Assembly (NCBI GenBank): GCA_963734535.1
Contig: CAVTHS010000002.1
Coordinates: forward strand, 192,001 to 256,000
Direction of reading: 5' to 3'
DNA length: 64,000 nucleotides
Origin: an uncultured Chloroflexia bacterium
GTDB taxonomy: Bacteria > Chloroflexota > Limnocylindria > Limnocylindrales > CSP1-4
A model generated the notes under the pieces. It saw nothing but the letters and a program-made list of their open reading frames with translations, was not told where the DNA came from and made no database searches. Below, in pieces: positions 1-11,102 of this stretch (position 1 is the stretch's first letter; each line of letters begins with the position of its first letter). Both the position numbers and the translations under genes were made by a program.

Positions 1-2
1 AG

Positions 3-308
3 CCCGCCTGGATCACCAGCCGCCAGATCGAGGCAGCTCGGCGCGCGATGACTCGCTCGGTCAAGCGCGGCGGCAAGATCTGGATCCGGATCTTCCCGGA
101 CAAGCCCGCCACCAAGAAGCCTGCGGAGACCCGGATGGGGTCCGGCAAGGGCGCCCCGGATCACTGGGTCGCCGTCGTGCGGCCCGGCCGGATCCTCTTC
201 GAGATGGCCGGGGTTGATCGCGAGTCGGCGGTCGAGGCGATGCGTCTTGCCGGCCACAAGCTCCCGGTCGCCACGCGCTTCATCGTGAAGGAGGAGGAGA
301 GCGCGTGA
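3..308 (+). CDS. rplP: 50S ribosomal protein L16 (5' truncated by window)
   Basis: Frame open from window start: [16 protein letters not shown]...[11 protein letters not shown]...ETRMGSGKG, the L16 signature. Confidence 0.97.
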   Translation, partial: PAWITSRQIEAARRAMTRSVKRGGKIWIRIFPDKPATKKPAETRMGSGKGAPDHWVAVVRPGRILFEMAGVDRESAVEAMRLAGHKLPVATRFIVKEEESA

Positions 309-511
309 TCGACATCGACAAGCTGCGCGCCCTGTCGGACGCGGAGCTGGACCAGGCGCTCAAGGATGCCAAGCGAGACCTCTGGCAGGCCCGCTTCGAG
401 CTCGCCACGCGCCAGCTGAAGGACTACACCGCGATCTCCGGCAACCGCCGGACGATCGCCCGGATCCTCACCGTTCGCCACGAGCGCAAGCTCGTGGAGA
501 CGAGCGCATAG
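305..511 (+). CDS. rpmC: 50S ribosomal protein L29
   Basis: 68 aa helical protein ending [10 protein letters not shown]; position between rplP and rpsQ. Confidence 0.95.
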   Translation: MIDIDKLRALSDAELDQALKDAKRDLWQARFELATRQLKDYTAISGNRRTIARILTVRHERKLVETSA

Positions 512-521
512 GGGGCCCGGC

Positions 522-902
522 ATGGCAGGAGCAACAGACGTGCAGGGCAATCGCAAGACCAAGGTCGGGCGCGTCGTCAGCGACAAGATGGACAAGACGA
601 TCGTCGTCTCCGTCGAGCGGCTGACGCGCCATCCGCTCTACAAGCGGGTGATCCGGGCCTCCAGCAAGTTCGCGGCTCACGACGAGCTCAACGCGGCGCG
701 CGTCGGCGACACGGTGCGCATCGAGGAGTCCCGACCGCTGTCGCGGACCAAGCGCTGGCGGCTCGTCGAGGTCATCTCGCGGGGTGGCGAGGATCAGCCG
801 ACCGAGCTCGTGGTCGAGGAGCTGGCCACCACCGAGGCGATCCACGCCGCGGCGCATCCGGGCAGGACGCACGCCGCAACCGGGGAGGGGACCGAGGCGT
901 GA
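522..902 (+). CDS. rpsQ: 30S ribosomal protein S17 with C-terminal extension
   Basis: [14 protein letters not shown]...HPLYKR...[13 protein letters not shown]. Confidence 0.97.
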   Translation: MAGATDVQGNRKTKVGRVVSDKMDKTIVVSVERLTRHPLYKRVIRASSKFAAHDELNAARVGDTVRIEESRPLSRTKRWRLVEVISRGGEDQPTELVVEELATTEAIHAAAHPGRTHAATGEGTEA

Positions 903-1267
903 TCCAGCAGCAAACCCGGCTCCGGGTCGCGGACAACACGGGGGCTCGCGTGATCCAGTGCATCCGGATCATGGGCCGCTCGCGCGCGACGACCGCGGAA
1001 GTCGGCGACGTGATCGTCGCCAGCGTGAAGCAGGCGATCCCCAACGCCGCCGTCAAGAAGGGCGATGTCGTGCGTGCCGTCATCGTCCGCACCGCCAAGG
1101 AATACGGCAGGCCGGATGGCAGCTACATCCGGTTCGACGAGAACGCGGCCGTCCTCATCAACAACCAGGGCAACCCGCGCGGGACACGGATCTTCGGACC
1201 CGTGGCGCGCGAGCTGCGCGATCGGAACTACATGAAGATCGTCTCGCTCGCACCGGAGGTGCTCTGA
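899..1267 (+). CDS. rplN: 50S ribosomal protein L14
   Basis: [16 protein letters not shown]...IRFDENAAV...SLAPEVL. Confidence 0.98.
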   Translation: MIQQQTRLRVADNTGARVIQCIRIMGRSRATTAEVGDVIVASVKQAIPNAAVKKGDVVRAVIVRTAKEYGRPDGSYIRFDENAAVLINNQGNPRGTRIFGPVARELRDRNYMKIVSLAPEVL

Positions 1268-1268
1268 G

Positions 1269-1670
1269 ATGGCACGTGCCGTTGCACCCCGGGTGACGAA
1301 GGTCTCCGAGCTCCGCAAGGGTGACACCATCCTCGTGCTGGGCGGCAAGGATGCCGGCAAGCGCGGGACGGTTGAGCGCGTCGACCGGCCGCTCACGCCC
1401 GGCACCCCGTACCGCGTGGTCGTCCAGGGCCTGAACGTCGCCAAGCGGCACACGAAGCCGCGCCCGCGCATGAACCAGAACGATCGCGTGCCGCAGATGC
1501 AGCAGGGGGGCATGGTCGAGAAGGCGATGCCGATGGCGGTCGGGAAGGTCATGCTGGTCTGCCCCCGCTGCGATCAGCCCACGCGCATCCGCCACCTCCT
1601 CCTGGAGACCGGCGCGCGCGTACGGGCCTGCGGCCACTGTGGCCAGCCGGTGGAGGTGAAGGGCGCGTGA
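1269..1670 (+). CDS. rplX: 50S ribosomal protein L24
   Basis: KOW motif [19 protein letters not shown]; C-terminal CPRC...CGHC. Confidence 0.96.
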   Translation: MARAVAPRVTKVSELRKGDTILVLGGKDAGKRGTVERVDRPLTPGTPYRVVVQGLNVAKRHTKPRPRMNQNDRVPQMQQGGMVEKAMPMAVGKVMLVCPRCDQPTRIRHLLLETGARVRACGHCGQPVEVKGA

Positions 1671-2209
1671 GCAGCAACCTGAAGGGCCGCTACGCGACCG
1701 AGGTCGTCCCGGCGCTCACCAAGCAGTTCGCCTACGCCAACCCGATGCAGGTGCCGCGACTCGAGAAGATCGTGGTGAACATCGGGCTCGGCGAGGCGCT
1801 CACGAATGCCAAGGCGCTCGACGCGGCCGTCGGAGACCTGACCCTCATCACGGGCCAGAAGCCGATCGTCACGAAGGCCAAGCGCTCCATCGCCCAGTTC
1901 CGTCTCCGGACGGGCAACACCATCGGCGCGAAGGTGACGCTTCGCGGCGAGCGGATGTGGGATTTCCTGGAGCGCCTCACCGTCCTGGCGCTCCCGCGCA
2001 TCCGCGACTTCCGGGGCATCCCGGCCAAGTCGTTCGATGGGCGGGGCAACTACAGCCTCGGGATGCGCGAGCAGCTCGCGTTTCCCGAGATCGATTACGA
2101 CAAGGTCGACCGTCTCCGCGGGCTGGAGATCAGCATCGTGACGACGGCGAAGACCGACGAGGAGTCCCGGAAACTTCTGGAGCTCCTCGGCATGCCCTTC
2201 GCCGGCTAG
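1667..2209 (+). CDS. rplE: 50S ribosomal protein L5
   Basis: [16 protein letters not shown]...LPRIRDFRG...[10 protein letters not shown]. Confidence 0.98.
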   Translation: MSSNLKGRYATEVVPALTKQFAYANPMQVPRLEKIVVNIGLGEALTNAKALDAAVGDLTLITGQKPIVTKAKRSIAQFRLRTGNTIGAKVTLRGERMWDFLERLTVLALPRIRDFRGIPAKSFDGRGNYSLGMREQLAFPEIDYDKVDRLRGLEISIVTTAKTDEESRKLLELLGMPFAG

Positions 2210-2225
2210 CGCGGGGAGGAGGACC

Positions 2226-2411
2226 ATGGCCAAGAAATCTCTGATTGCCAAGGCGAAGCGAACGCCCAAGCACAAGGTGCAGGGCTACCACCGGTGCACG
2301 CTGTGTGGCCGGCCGCGAGCGTACATGCGCCGGTTCGCGCTCTGCCGCATCTGCTTCCGGGAACGCGCCCTTGCGGGCGAGGTCCCGGGCGTGACGAAGT
2401 CGAGCTGGTGA
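2226..2411 (+). CDS. rpsN: 30S ribosomal protein S14, short Zn-binding (type Z) form
   Basis: 61 aa, [23 protein letters not shown], ends KSSW. Confidence 0.97.
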   Translation: MAKKSLIAKAKRTPKHKVQGYHRCTLCGRPRAYMRRFALCRICFRERALAGEVPGVTKSSW

Positions 2412-2418
2412 GCCGACG

Positions 2419-2823
<405 letters not shown>

Positions 2824-2834
2824 GGGGAACGACG

Positions 2835-3386
2835 ATGTCGCGTATCGGCCGCCAGCCTGTCCCCGTGCCCGCGGGCGTCGAGATCGCTCTCGATGGACCG
2901 GTCATCACCGTCACGGGCCCCAAGGGGACCCTGACCCGCTCCCTCCCGGCCGCGATGACGGTGGAGACGGGCGAGGGGAGCCTCCTCGTGACGCGCCCTT
3001 CTGACCTCAAGCAGCACAAGCAGCTCCACGGCCTGACCCGCACGCTCATCAACAACATGGTCGTGGGCGTCACGACCGGCTACCGGAAGAGCCTCGAGAT
3101 CACGGGCGTCGGCTACCGTGCCCAGAAGATCGGCGACAAGCTGCAGCTCAACCTCGGGTACAGCCATCCCGTCGAGATCGTGCCGCCGGACGGCATCAGC
3201 TTCGAGGTCGAGACCCCGATCAAGCTGGCCGTCCTCGGCATCGACAAGGAGCTCGTCGGCCAGGTTGCCGCCCGCGTCCGCGCTACGCGGAAGCCGGAGC
3301 CCTACAAGGGCAAGGGCGTTCGCTACGCCGGCGAGGTGATCCGTCGAAAGGCCGGCAAGGCCGGCAAGATCGGCGGAAAGAAGTAA
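2835..3386 (+). CDS. rplF: 50S ribosomal protein L6
   Basis: MSRIGRQPV...[11 protein letters not shown]. Confidence 0.98.
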   Translation: MSRIGRQPVPVPAGVEIALDGPVITVTGPKGTLTRSLPAAMTVETGEGSLLVTRPSDLKQHKQLHGLTRTLINNMVVGVTTGYRKSLEITGVGYRAQKIGDKLQLNLGYSHPVEIVPPDGISFEVETPIKLAVLGIDKELVGQVAARVRATRKPEPYKGKGVRYAGEVIRRKAGKAGKIGGKK

Positions 3387-3402
3387 CGGAAGGACGACCA
3401 CG

Positions 3403-3765
3403 ATGACGAAGGCCGCCACGCGCGGCGCCGCCCGGCAGAAACGGCACGAGCGGATTCGCCTCCGACTGGAGGGGACGTCCGCGCGGCCGCGCCTTGCGGT
3501 CTATCGCAGCCTCAACAACATCTATGCACAGGTGATCGACGACGCCGCCGGTCGCACCCTCGCCGCCGCCTCCTCCCTCGAGCCCGAGCTCAGGGGCGGG
3601 AAGCAGACGAAGGTCGACGAAGCGAAGGTTGTCGGGCGCCTGGTCGCCGAGCGGGCCCGAACCGCCGGGGTCGCGCAGGTTGTCTTCGATCGGGCCGGGT
3701 ATCGCTACCACGGCCGGGTCAAGACGCTTGCCGACGCCGCGCGCGAGGCCGGTCTCGACTTCTAG
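3403..3765 (+). CDS. rplR: 50S ribosomal protein L18
   Basis: [20 protein letters not shown]...[12 protein letters not shown]...GLDF. Confidence 0.98.
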   Translation: MTKAATRGAARQKRHERIRLRLEGTSARPRLAVYRSLNNIYAQVIDDAAGRTLAAASSLEPELRGGKQTKVDEAKVVGRLVAERARTAGVAQVVFDRAGYRYHGRVKTLADAAREAGLDF

Positions 3766-3781
3766 GAGGAGAAGACCGCCA

Positions 3782-4315
3782 GTGGCCAGGATCGATCCCG
3801 CCAAGCTCACGCTCGAGGAGCGTGTCGTCCAGATCAACCGCGTCGCCAAGGTCGTCAAGGGCGGCCGGCGCTTCAGCTTCTCCGCGGTCGTCATCGTCGG
3901 TGACGGTCAGGGCCACGTCGGCGCCGGGCTCGGCAAGGCCGGCGAGGTTCCCGAGGCGATCCGCAAGGGCGTCGAGGACGCGAAGAAGAACCTCATCAAG
4001 ATCCCGATGGTGGGGACCACCATCACCCACGAGGTGCGCTCGGAGTTCGCGGCTGCCAAGGTCCTGCTCAAGCCCGCCTCGCAGGGGACGGGCGTCATCG
4101 CCGGCGGCTCGGTCCGCGCGGTGGTCGAGGCTGCCGGCATTCGCGACATCCTGACGAAGGTCCACGGCTCCACGAACCCGGTCAACGTCGTGAGGGCCAC
4201 GATCGAGGCCCTCCGCGACCTCTCGTCGGCCGAGGAGATCTCGGCACGCCGGGGCGTGCCCGTCCGGCTCTTCGTTGCCGGCCAGCCGTCCGCGGAGGCC
4301 GCTGATGGCCGGTAG
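3782..4315 (+). CDS. rpsE: 30S ribosomal protein S5
   Basis: GTG at 3782 after AGGAGGAG; [18 protein letters not shown]...GTGVIAGG. Confidence 0.97.
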   Translation: MARIDPAKLTLEERVVQINRVAKVVKGGRRFSFSAVVIVGDGQGHVGAGLGKAGEVPEAIRKGVEDAKKNLIKIPMVGTTITHEVRSEFAAAKVLLKPASQGTGVIAGGSVRAVVEAAGIRDILTKVHGSTNPVNVVRATIEALRDLSSAEEISARRGVPVRLFVAGQPSAEAADGR

Positions 4316-4514
4316 GCTCCGCGTCACCCAGGTCAAGAGCACCATCAGCCACATCGCCCGCAACCGGGGGACCATCAGGGCGCTGGGCCTCCACCGGATC
4401 GGCGACACGGTCGTCGTGCCAGACAACGACGCGACGCGCGGCATGGTCCGTGCCGTCCGCTTCCTCGTCGAGGTCGAGGAGCTGCCCGAGACGGCGGCGG
4501 AGGAGACCCCATGA
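4305..4514 (+). CDS. rpmD: 50S ribosomal protein L30
   Basis: ATG at 4305 after GGAGG; [10 protein letters not shown]...[11 protein letters not shown]...RGMV. Confidence 0.94.
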   Translation: MAGRLRVTQVKSTISHIARNRGTIRALGLHRIGDTVVVPDNDATRGMVRAVRFLVEVEELPETAAEETP

Positions 4515-5068
4515 AGCTTCACGATCTGCGGCCCCCCGAGGGTGCGCACACCGCGAAGACCCGTGTCGGCCGCGGGATCGCCGCCGGCAAGGGCAAGACC
4601 GCAGGCCGCGGGACGAAGGGCCAGAAGTCGCGCGCCGGCAGCTCCATCCCGGCCTGGTTCGAGGGCGGTCAGACCCCGATTCACATCCGGATCCCGAAGC
4701 TTCGCGGCTTTCGCAGCATCAACCGGATCGAGTACGAGGTCGTGAACGTGGGCGCCATCAGCGCCGCGATCGAGCTCGGCCGACTGCCCGAGGGCGACCT
4801 GCCCGGCGGGCCGAAGCGGGCCACGCCCGCCCCGGTCACGGTGAACCAGGAGCTGCTGCGGATGACCGGCCTCGTGCGCAGCCTCGACAAGCCGCTCAAG
4901 ATCCTTGGCAGCGGCGAGGTGAGCCGGCCGATGTTCGTGGTGGCCGACGCCTTCACCAAGAGCGCCCGCGAGAAGATCGAGGGTGCCGGCGGGACGGTCC
5001 AGGTGATCGAGATCCCGACGTCCCTGCTCGCCGCCATCGGCGTCGAGCCCGCGGCCGACGCGGACTGA
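4511..5068 (+). CDS. rplO: 50S ribosomal protein L15
   Basis: RVGRGIAAGKGKTAGRGTKGQKSR...FEGGQTP. Confidence 0.97.
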   Translation: MKLHDLRPPEGAHTAKTRVGRGIAAGKGKTAGRGTKGQKSRAGSSIPAWFEGGQTPIHIRIPKLRGFRSINRIEYEVVNVGAISAAIELGRLPEGDLPGGPKRATPAPVTVNQELLRMTGLVRSLDKPLKILGSGEVSRPMFVVADAFTKSAREKIEGAGGTVQVIEIPTSLLAAIGVEPAADAD

Positions 5069-5080
5069 CGCGGCACCGCC

Positions 5081-6364
5081 GTGTTCGACTCCATCCTCAA
5101 CGCGTTCCGGGCGCCGGACATCCGGCGCCGGATCCTCTTCGTCCTCTTCGTCCTGATCGTCTTCCGGGCGCTTGCCCACGTGCCCGTCCCGGGCGCGGAC
5201 CCGACGAAGCTCGCCCAGTTCTTCAAGGACAACGCGCTGTTCGGCCTGCTGGACCTGTTCTCCGGCGGCGGGCTGTCGCGGTTCTCGGTGGTCGGGCTGG
5301 GCGTCAACCCGTACATCAACGCGTCGATCATCATGCAGCTGATGACGGGCGTCATCCCCGCCCTCACCGCGCTCCAGCGCGAGGGTGAGTACGGGCGCAA
5401 CAAGATCAACCAGTACACCCGCTACCTCTCCGTCCCGCTCGCGGTCCTCCAGAGCTACGGGTTCCTGGCCGTCCTCAACCAGGCCGGCGTGCTCAACACC
5501 CACTTCGACCTCGCCTCGTTCGAGACGCTGACCCAGATCGTCACCCTGACGGCCGGATCCATCCTCCTGATGTGGCTCGGCGAGCTCATCACCGAGAAGG
5601 GGATCGGGAACGGGATCAGCTTCATCATCTTCGCGGGCATCGTGGGTCGCGCGCCCCAGGCCATCGGCACGTTCCTCGATTCGCCCAACATCGCCGCGCT
5701 CGCGATCTTCGCCGTCTTCGGCGTCGCCGCGATCGCCGCGATCGTGTTCATCACGGAGGGCCAGCGGCGGATCCCGATCCAGTACGCCAGCCGTGTCCGG
5801 GGCCGGCGGATGTACCAGGGCGGGACCACGTTCCTGCCGCTCCGGGTCAACCAGGCGGGCGTGATCCCGATCATCTTCGCGGTGAGCATCCTGCTCTTCC
5901 CGAGCCAGATCGCGGGCTATTTCGCCCAGAGCCAGGTTGCCCTCGTCAAGGACATCGCGACGTTCTTCGTCAACACCTTCGGGCCATCCAACCTCGTCGT
6001 GTACGGGTCGCTCTACTTCTTCCTGACCGTCGGCTTCACGTACTTCTACACGGCCTTCACGTTCAAGCCGGACGAGACCGCGGAGCAGCTGCGGAAGAAT
6101 GGCGGGTTCATCCCGGGCATCCGTCCGGGACGGCCCACCCAGGACTACCTTGCCCGGGTGGTGAACCGGATAACCGTGGCCGGGGCGCTCTTCCTCGGCA
6201 TCGTGGCCGTCTCGCCCTACCTCTTCCAGGCATTCATTCCGAGCCTCGCCGGTCTCTCTCTCGGCGGCACGAGCATCCTCATCGCCGTCTCCGTCGTCGT
6301 CGAGACGATGAAGCAGCTCGAGGCCCAGCTCATGATGCGCAACTACGAGGGCTTCATCCGGTGA
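5081..6364 (+). CDS. secY: Preprotein translocase subunit SecY
   Basis: Multiple TM segments; PYINASIIMQL, WLGELITEKGIGNGIS, FIPGIRPG. Confidence 0.98.
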   Translation: MFDSILNAFRAPDIRRRILFVLFVLIVFRALAHVPVPGADPTKLAQFFKDNALFGLLDLFSGGGLSRFSVVGLGVNPYINASIIMQLMTGVIPALTALQREGEYGRNKINQYTRYLSVPLAVLQSYGFLAVLNQAGVLNTHFDLASFETLTQIVTLTAGSILLMWLGELITEKGIGNGISFIIFAGIVGRAPQAIGTFLDSPNIAALAIFAVFGVAAIAAIVFITEGQRRIPIQYASRVRGRRMYQGGTTFLPLRVNQAGVIPIIFAVSILLFPSQIAGYFAQSQVALVKDIATFFVNTFGPSNLVVYGSLYFFLTVGFTYFYTAFTFKPDETAEQLRKNGGFIPGIRPGRPTQDYLARVVNRITVAGALFLGIVAVSPYLFQAFIPSLAGLSLGGTSILIAVSVVVETMKQLEAQLMMRNYEGFIR

Positions 6365-6389
6365 TCACGGCCGCGGGCCAGGGCCCTCG

Positions 6390-7061
6390 ATGAGGATCCT
6401 TGTCCTGCTCGGTGCGCCCGGCGCCGGGAAGGGAACCCAGGCCCACGTGCTCGCGCGCCACCTGGGGCTGCCGCGGGTGGCCACGGGCGACCTCTTCCGG
6501 GCCGCGGCACGCGACGGCAGCCCGCTCGGGCTGTCGGCCCGCGGGTACATGGAGCGCGGTGAGCTCGTCCCCGACGAGCTCACCGTGGGCATGCTGCTCG
6601 AGCGGCTGGATGCCCCGGACGCCGAGCGCGGCGCGATCCTCGACGGCTTCCCCCGGACGCGCTCCCAGGCGGAGGCGCTCGACCGGGCGCTCGCCGACGA
6701 CGGGACCGCGGTCGACGCGGCACTGCTGGTGGAGGTGCCCGCCAGCGAGCTCCTCCAGCGCCTGACCGGTCGCTGGCTCTGCAGCGCCGCCGGCCACACC
6801 TATCACGAGACGGCCTACCCGCCGCGGGTGCCGGGGATCTGCGACATCGACGGCTCGGTCCTGATCCAGCGAGACGACGACCGCCCGGAGATCGTCCAGG
6901 CTCGTCTCGAGAAGCAGCTCGGTGCTCTCGCGGACGTCGTCGAGCACTATCGCGCCGCGGGGGTCCTCCAGGTCGTGGATGGACGCCGGCCCATCGCGGC
7001 CGTCACGAACGACCTGCTCGACGCGATCGAGCCGATCCCGTACTGGCGCACCAGCCCGTGA
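6390..7061 (+). CDS. adk: Adenylate kinase
   Basis: P-loop GAPGAGKGTQ, LDGFPRT, QRDDD. Confidence 0.97.
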   Translation: MRILVLLGAPGAGKGTQAHVLARHLGLPRVATGDLFRAAARDGSPLGLSARGYMERGELVPDELTVGMLLERLDAPDAERGAILDGFPRTRSQAEALDRALADDGTAVDAALLVEVPASELLQRLTGRWLCSAAGHTYHETAYPPRVPGICDIDGSVLIQRDDDRPEIVQARLEKQLGALADVVEHYRAAGVLQVVDGRRPIAAVTNDLLDAIEPIPYWRTSP

Positions 7062-7804
7062 TCACCCGCAGGTCGGCGGCGGAGATCGCCACGATGCGCC
7101 GGGCCGGGCGGGTGGTCGCCGAGGTCCTTGGGCTCGTGGAGGAGGAGCTCCGCCCAGGCGTCTCTACCGCGCACCTCGACCGGATCGCCGAGGAGCACAT
7201 CCGGAAGGCTGGCGGCACGCCGTCCTTCAAGGGCTACTACGGCTATCCGTCCTCGCTCTGCATCTCGATCGACCGCGAGGTGGTCCACGGGATTCCCGGC
7301 GACAGGACGATCGCGAACGGCCAGGTGGTCTCCATCGACGCGGGCGCGATCATCGATGGCTATCACGGCGACGCGGCGCGGACCTTCATCGTCGGCGACG
7401 CGTCGCCCGAGGTCCGCGAGCTGGTCGCGACGACCCGGCGTGCGCTCGAGGCGGGGATCGCCGCGGCGATCACCGGGAACCGGATCTGGGACATCTCGGC
7501 CGCCGTGGAGGACGTTGCCCTGCCGCACGGCTACGGCGTGGTCCGCCCGTACGTCGGCCACGGGATCGGGACGGCCATGCACGAGGATCCGCAGGTCCCG
7601 AACTACCGGACGAAAACGAAGGGGATCGAGCTCGCGCCGGGCATCTGCCTGGCGATCGAGCCGATGTTCACCCTTGGCAGTGCCGACGTCGAGACGCTCG
7701 TCGACGGCTGGACCGTTGTCACCCGTGACGGCTCCGTCGCGGCCCATTTCGAGGACTCGATCGCCGTCACCGAGGACGGCCCGGAGGTCCTCACCAGGCT
7801 GTAG
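7058..7804 (+). CDS. map: Methionine aminopeptidase type I
   Basis: VVHGIP, DGYHGDAART, GHGIGTAMHEDP, AIEPM, AHFE. Confidence 0.97.
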   Translation: MITRRSAAEIATMRRAGRVVAEVLGLVEEELRPGVSTAHLDRIAEEHIRKAGGTPSFKGYYGYPSSLCISIDREVVHGIPGDRTIANGQVVSIDAGAIIDGYHGDAARTFIVGDASPEVRELVATTRRALEAGIAAAITGNRIWDISAAVEDVALPHGYGVVRPYVGHGIGTAMHEDPQVPNYRTKTKGIELAPGICLAIEPMFTLGSADVETLVDGWTVVTRDGSVAAHFEDSIAVTEDGPEVLTRL

Positions 7805-7819
7805 GGCAGGAGCCGGCGC

Positions 7820-7848
7820 TTGCCGGAACCGGCCAAAGTTGATACGCT
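7820..7848 (+). promoter_or_regulatory. Putative sigma70 promoter for infA-rpmJ-alpha operon
   Basis: TTGCCG-N17-TACGCT with TG extended -10. Confidence 0.55.
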
Positions 7849-7909
7849 ACGCGTTCGTGTGTCGGCTCCTGTCGGTACGCGGCGGTGAGCAGGAACACCA
7901 GGGAGCACG

Positions 7910-8128
7910 TTGGCCAAGAAGGACGCGATCGAAGTCGAGGGTACTGTCCTCGAGCCGTTGCCGAACACGATGTTCGCCGTCGAGCTGGAGAACGGCCACC
8001 GCGTTCTTGCCCACATCAGCGGAAAGCTCCGGATGAACTTCATCCGGATCCTGCCGGGCGACCGGGTCCGCGTCGAGTTGTCCCCGTACGACCTCACCCG
8101 GGGTCGGATCACGTACCGGCTGAAGTAG
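7910..8128 (+). CDS. infA: Translation initiation factor IF-1
   Basis: TTG start; [10 protein letters not shown]...LAHISGKLR...[11 protein letters not shown]. Confidence 0.98.
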   Translation: MAKKDAIEVEGTVLEPLPNTMFAVELENGHRVLAHISGKLRMNFIRILPGDRVRVELSPYDLTRGRITYRLK

Positions 8129-8154
8129 CCGGCACCCAGCGCGAAGGAAGATCG

Positions 8155-8268
8155 TTGAAAGTTCGAGCCTCGGTGAAGGCCCGTTGCGACAACTGCAAGG
8201 TGATCCGCCGCCACGGGACCGTGATGGTCATTTGCGCCAATCCAAAGCACAAGCAGCGGCAGGGCTGA
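8155..8268 (+). CDS. rpmJ: 50S ribosomal protein L36 (Zn-binding form)
   Basis: TTG at 8155: [37 protein letters not shown]. Confidence 0.96.
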   Translation: MKVRASVKARCDNCKVIRRHGTVMVICANPKHKQRQG

Positions 8269-8273
8269 TCGAT

Positions 8274-8645
8274 ATGGCACGGATCGCCGGCGTCGACATC
8301 CCGCGCGAGAAGCGCGTGGAAGTCGCCCTGACATACATCTACGGGATCGGGCTGCCAACCAGCCAGAAGATCCTCCAGCAGACGAACGTCAACCCCGACA
8401 CCCGGGTCCGGGACCTCACGGAGGACCAGGTCACCCGGCTGCGCGAGCTGATCGATCGGCGGTTCAAGGTCGAGGGGGACCTCCGCCGCGAGGTGGCGCT
8501 CAACATCAAGCGCCTCATCGAGATCGGCTCCTACCGCGGGCTCCGCCACCGGCGGAACCTCCCGGTCCGGGGCCAGCGCACGAAGACCAACGCTCGCCAG
8601 CGTCGCGGACCGAAGAAGACGGTCGGCGCTCGGCGCAAGAAGTAA
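8274..8645 (+). CDS. rpsM: 30S ribosomal protein S13
   Basis: [10 protein letters not shown]...[22 protein letters not shown]. Confidence 0.98.
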   Translation: MARIAGVDIPREKRVEVALTYIYGIGLPTSQKILQQTNVNPDTRVRDLTEDQVTRLRELIDRRFKVEGDLRREVALNIKRLIEIGSYRGLRHRRNLPVRGQRTKTNARQRRGPKKTVGARRKK

Positions 8646-8664
8646 AGAGGGACGAGCCGGACGT

Positions 8665-9060
8665 ATGGCCGATCGCAAGCGCGCACCCAAGCAGCGTCGG
8701 CGGGAGCGTAAGAACGTGCCCGTTGGGCACGTTCATATCCAGGCGACCTTCAACAACACGATCGTCACGATCACGGACCTCAGCGGGGCCGTGATCAGCT
8801 GGGGATCGTCGGGGATCGTCGGGTTCAAGGGCTCCCGGAAGAGCACGCCGTACGCCGCCGCGCTGTCGGCCGATTCCGCCGCCAAGAAGGCGATGGAGCA
8901 CGGAATGCGCCAGGTCGAGGTCTACGTGAAGGGTCCCGGCGCGGGCCGGGAGCAGGCGATCCGCTCGCTCCAGACCGCCGGGCTCGAGGTGACCGCGATC
9001 ACCGACGTGACGCCCATCCCGCACAACGGCTGCCGCCCGCCCAAGCGGCGCCGCGTCTAG
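8665..9060 (+). CDS. rpsK: 30S ribosomal protein S11
   Basis: [15 protein letters not shown]...[13 protein letters not shown]...[13 protein letters not shown]. Confidence 0.98.
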   Translation: MADRKRAPKQRRRERKNVPVGHVHIQATFNNTIVTITDLSGAVISWGSSGIVGFKGSRKSTPYAAALSADSAAKKAMEHGMRQVEVYVKGPGAGREQAIRSLQTAGLEVTAITDVTPIPHNGCRPPKRRRV

Positions 9061-9075
9061 GCCGGGAGAAGCATC

Positions 9076-9702
9076 ATGGCTCGATACACCGGTCCGGTCT
9101 GCCGCCTCTGCCGCCGCGAGGGCGCCAAGCTCTTCCTGAAGGGCTCGCGCTGCTATACGAAGAAGTGCTCCTTCGAGCGGCGTCCGACGCCGCCTGGCCA
9201 GCACGGCGTCCGACGCCGAAAGGTCGGCGACTACGGCCTCCAGCTTCGCGAGAAGCAGAAGGTCCGCCGCATCTATCGCATCCTGGAGCGCCAGTTCCAC
9301 AACTACTTCGAGGAGGCCGAGTCCCGTCCGGGCGTGACCGGCGAGAACCTCCTCCGGATCCTCGAGCTCCGGCTCGACAACGTGGTCTTCCGGCTCGGCA
9401 TCGCGGCCTCGCGCGACCACGCGCGACAGCTCGTGACGCACGGCCACTTCGCCGTCAACGGCCGCCCGACCAACGTTCCATCGTTCCACTGCAAGCCGGG
9501 CGATCGAGTCGAGGTCCGCGCCGCGCGGCGCGAGCGAGAGCCGTTCAAGGCGGTCAGCGAGGCCCTTCGCTCGGGGCAGGTCCCCGAGTGGCTGACCCTC
9601 GACCCGGCCACCTTCACGGGCACGATCATCGCCGCCCCGCGCCGCGACCAGATGCCGCTCGAGCTCAACGAGCAGCTCGTGGTCGAGTACTACTCGAGGT
9701 AG
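9076..9702 (+). CDS. rpsD: 30S ribosomal protein S4
   Basis: [16 protein letters not shown]...[13 protein letters not shown]...VVEYYSR. Confidence 0.98.
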   Translation: MARYTGPVCRLCRREGAKLFLKGSRCYTKKCSFERRPTPPGQHGVRRRKVGDYGLQLREKQKVRRIYRILERQFHNYFEEAESRPGVTGENLLRILELRLDNVVFRLGIAASRDHARQLVTHGHFAVNGRPTNVPSFHCKPGDRVEVRAARREREPFKAVSEALRSGQVPEWLTLDPATFTGTIIAAPRRDQMPLELNEQLVVEYYSR

Positions 9703-9712
9703 CCCCACACCC

Positions 9713-10714
9713 ATGATCGAACTCGACGCCACGACCCAGATCGAGCCCGTCGCCGAGCAGGGCTCGTACGCGAAGTACGAGGCCGGCCCCCTTCCCGCGG
9801 GCTACGGGGTGACCCTGGGGAACGCGCTTCGGCGCGTCCTGCTCTCCTCCCTGGAGGGCGCGGCCGTCACCTCCATCCAGATCCGCGACGTCTTCCACGA
9901 GTTCACGACGATCCCGGGCGTCAAGGAAGATGTCACCCAGATCGTCCTGAACGTCAAGAAGCTCCGCCTGCGCAGCTTCGCGGCCCACCCGGTCCAGCTC
10001 AAGCTGGTCAAGTCCGGCGCCGGCCGGGTCACCGCTGCCGACATCGTGGAGTCGGCCGACGTCGAGGTGATCAACCCCGAGCTCGACCTCATGACGCTCG
10101 ACAGCGACGACGTGACGATCGAGATCGACCTGACGGTCGAGCGCGGCGTCGGCTACCTCGCCGCGGAGCGGCCGGAAGGCCTGCCCATCGGCGTGATCCC
10201 CGTCGACGCGATCTTCACGCCCGTCCGGAAGGTCAACTTCACGGTCGAGAACACCCGCGTCGGTCAGATGACCAACTACGACAAGCTGACCCTCGAGATC
10301 GAGACCGACGGGACGATCACCCCGGAGGACGCGCTCGCCAAGTCGGCCGACATCCTGGTGCGGCAGTTCGCCCTGTTCGCCAACGTGGGCACCGCGGCGA
10401 TCGCCGCCAGCCCGGCGGGCGGCATGCCGCAGATCCCGGCCAACATGCTCGAGATGCCGATCGAGGAGCTGGACCTCCCGATGCGGGCCTACAACTCGCT
10501 CAAGCGGAACAACATCGTGCGGGTTGGCCAGCTCCTGCAGCTGACCGACGACGACCTGCTCCGGATGCGCAACTTCGGCAAGAAGTCGCTCGACGAGATG
10601 AAGGAACGGCTCCGGATGCGGGGCTTCCTGGTCCCCGAGACGGAGCCGTCTGACCTCGACGAGGCCGAGGACGACGGCGACGAGCCGTTCGGCGACGAGT
10701 CGGAGGAGGTCTGA
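9713..10714 (+). CDS. rpoA: RNA polymerase alpha subunit
   Basis: GYGVTLGNALRRVLLSS...alpha-CTD RAYNSLKR...NFGKKSLDE. Confidence 0.98.
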   Translation: MIELDATTQIEPVAEQGSYAKYEAGPLPAGYGVTLGNALRRVLLSSLEGAAVTSIQIRDVFHEFTTIPGVKEDVTQIVLNVKKLRLRSFAAHPVQLKLVKSGAGRVTAADIVESADVEVINPELDLMTLDSDDVTIEIDLTVERGVGYLAAERPEGLPIGVIPVDAIFTPVRKVNFTVENTRVGQMTNYDKLTLEIETDGTITPEDALAKSADILVRQFALFANVGTAAIAASPAGGMPQIPANMLEMPIEELDLPMRAYNSLKRNNIVRVGQLLQLTDDDLLRMRNFGKKSLDEMKERLRMRGFLVPETEPSDLDEAEDDGDEPFGDESEEV

Positions 10715-10717
10715 GCG

Positions 10718-11071
10718 ATGCGCCACCAGATCGGCGGCCGGAAGCTCGGCCGGATGCAGGGCCCGCGGCTCGCGCTCTACAAGAACCTGATCGTATCGGT
10801 CTTCCGCTACGAGAAGGTGATGACCACCGAGGCGAAGGCCAAGGAGATCCGCCCACAGGTGGAGCGGATGATCACGCTCGCCAAGCGGGGGGATCTCTCC
10901 GCGCGGCGGACCGTGGTGGCCGAGCTCCCGGACGAGCCCCTCGTCATCAAGAAGCTCTTCGATGAGATCGCCCCAAAGTACACCGAGCGGACGTCCGGGT
11001 ACACCCGGATCACCCACATCGGCAACCGGAACGGTGACAGGGCGCCGATCGTCCAGATCGAGCTCCTCTGA
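10718..11071 (+). CDS. rplQ: 50S ribosomal protein L17
   Basis: MRHQIGGRKLGR...TTEAKAKE...SGYTRI. Confidence 0.97.
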   Translation: MRHQIGGRKLGRMQGPRLALYKNLIVSVFRYEKVMTTEAKAKEIRPQVERMITLAKRGDLSARRTVVAELPDEPLVIKKLFDEIAPKYTERTSGYTRITHIGNRNGDRAPIVQIELL

Positions 11072-11102
11072 CCGACGAAATGGCGCCCGAGAGGGCGCCC
11101 TC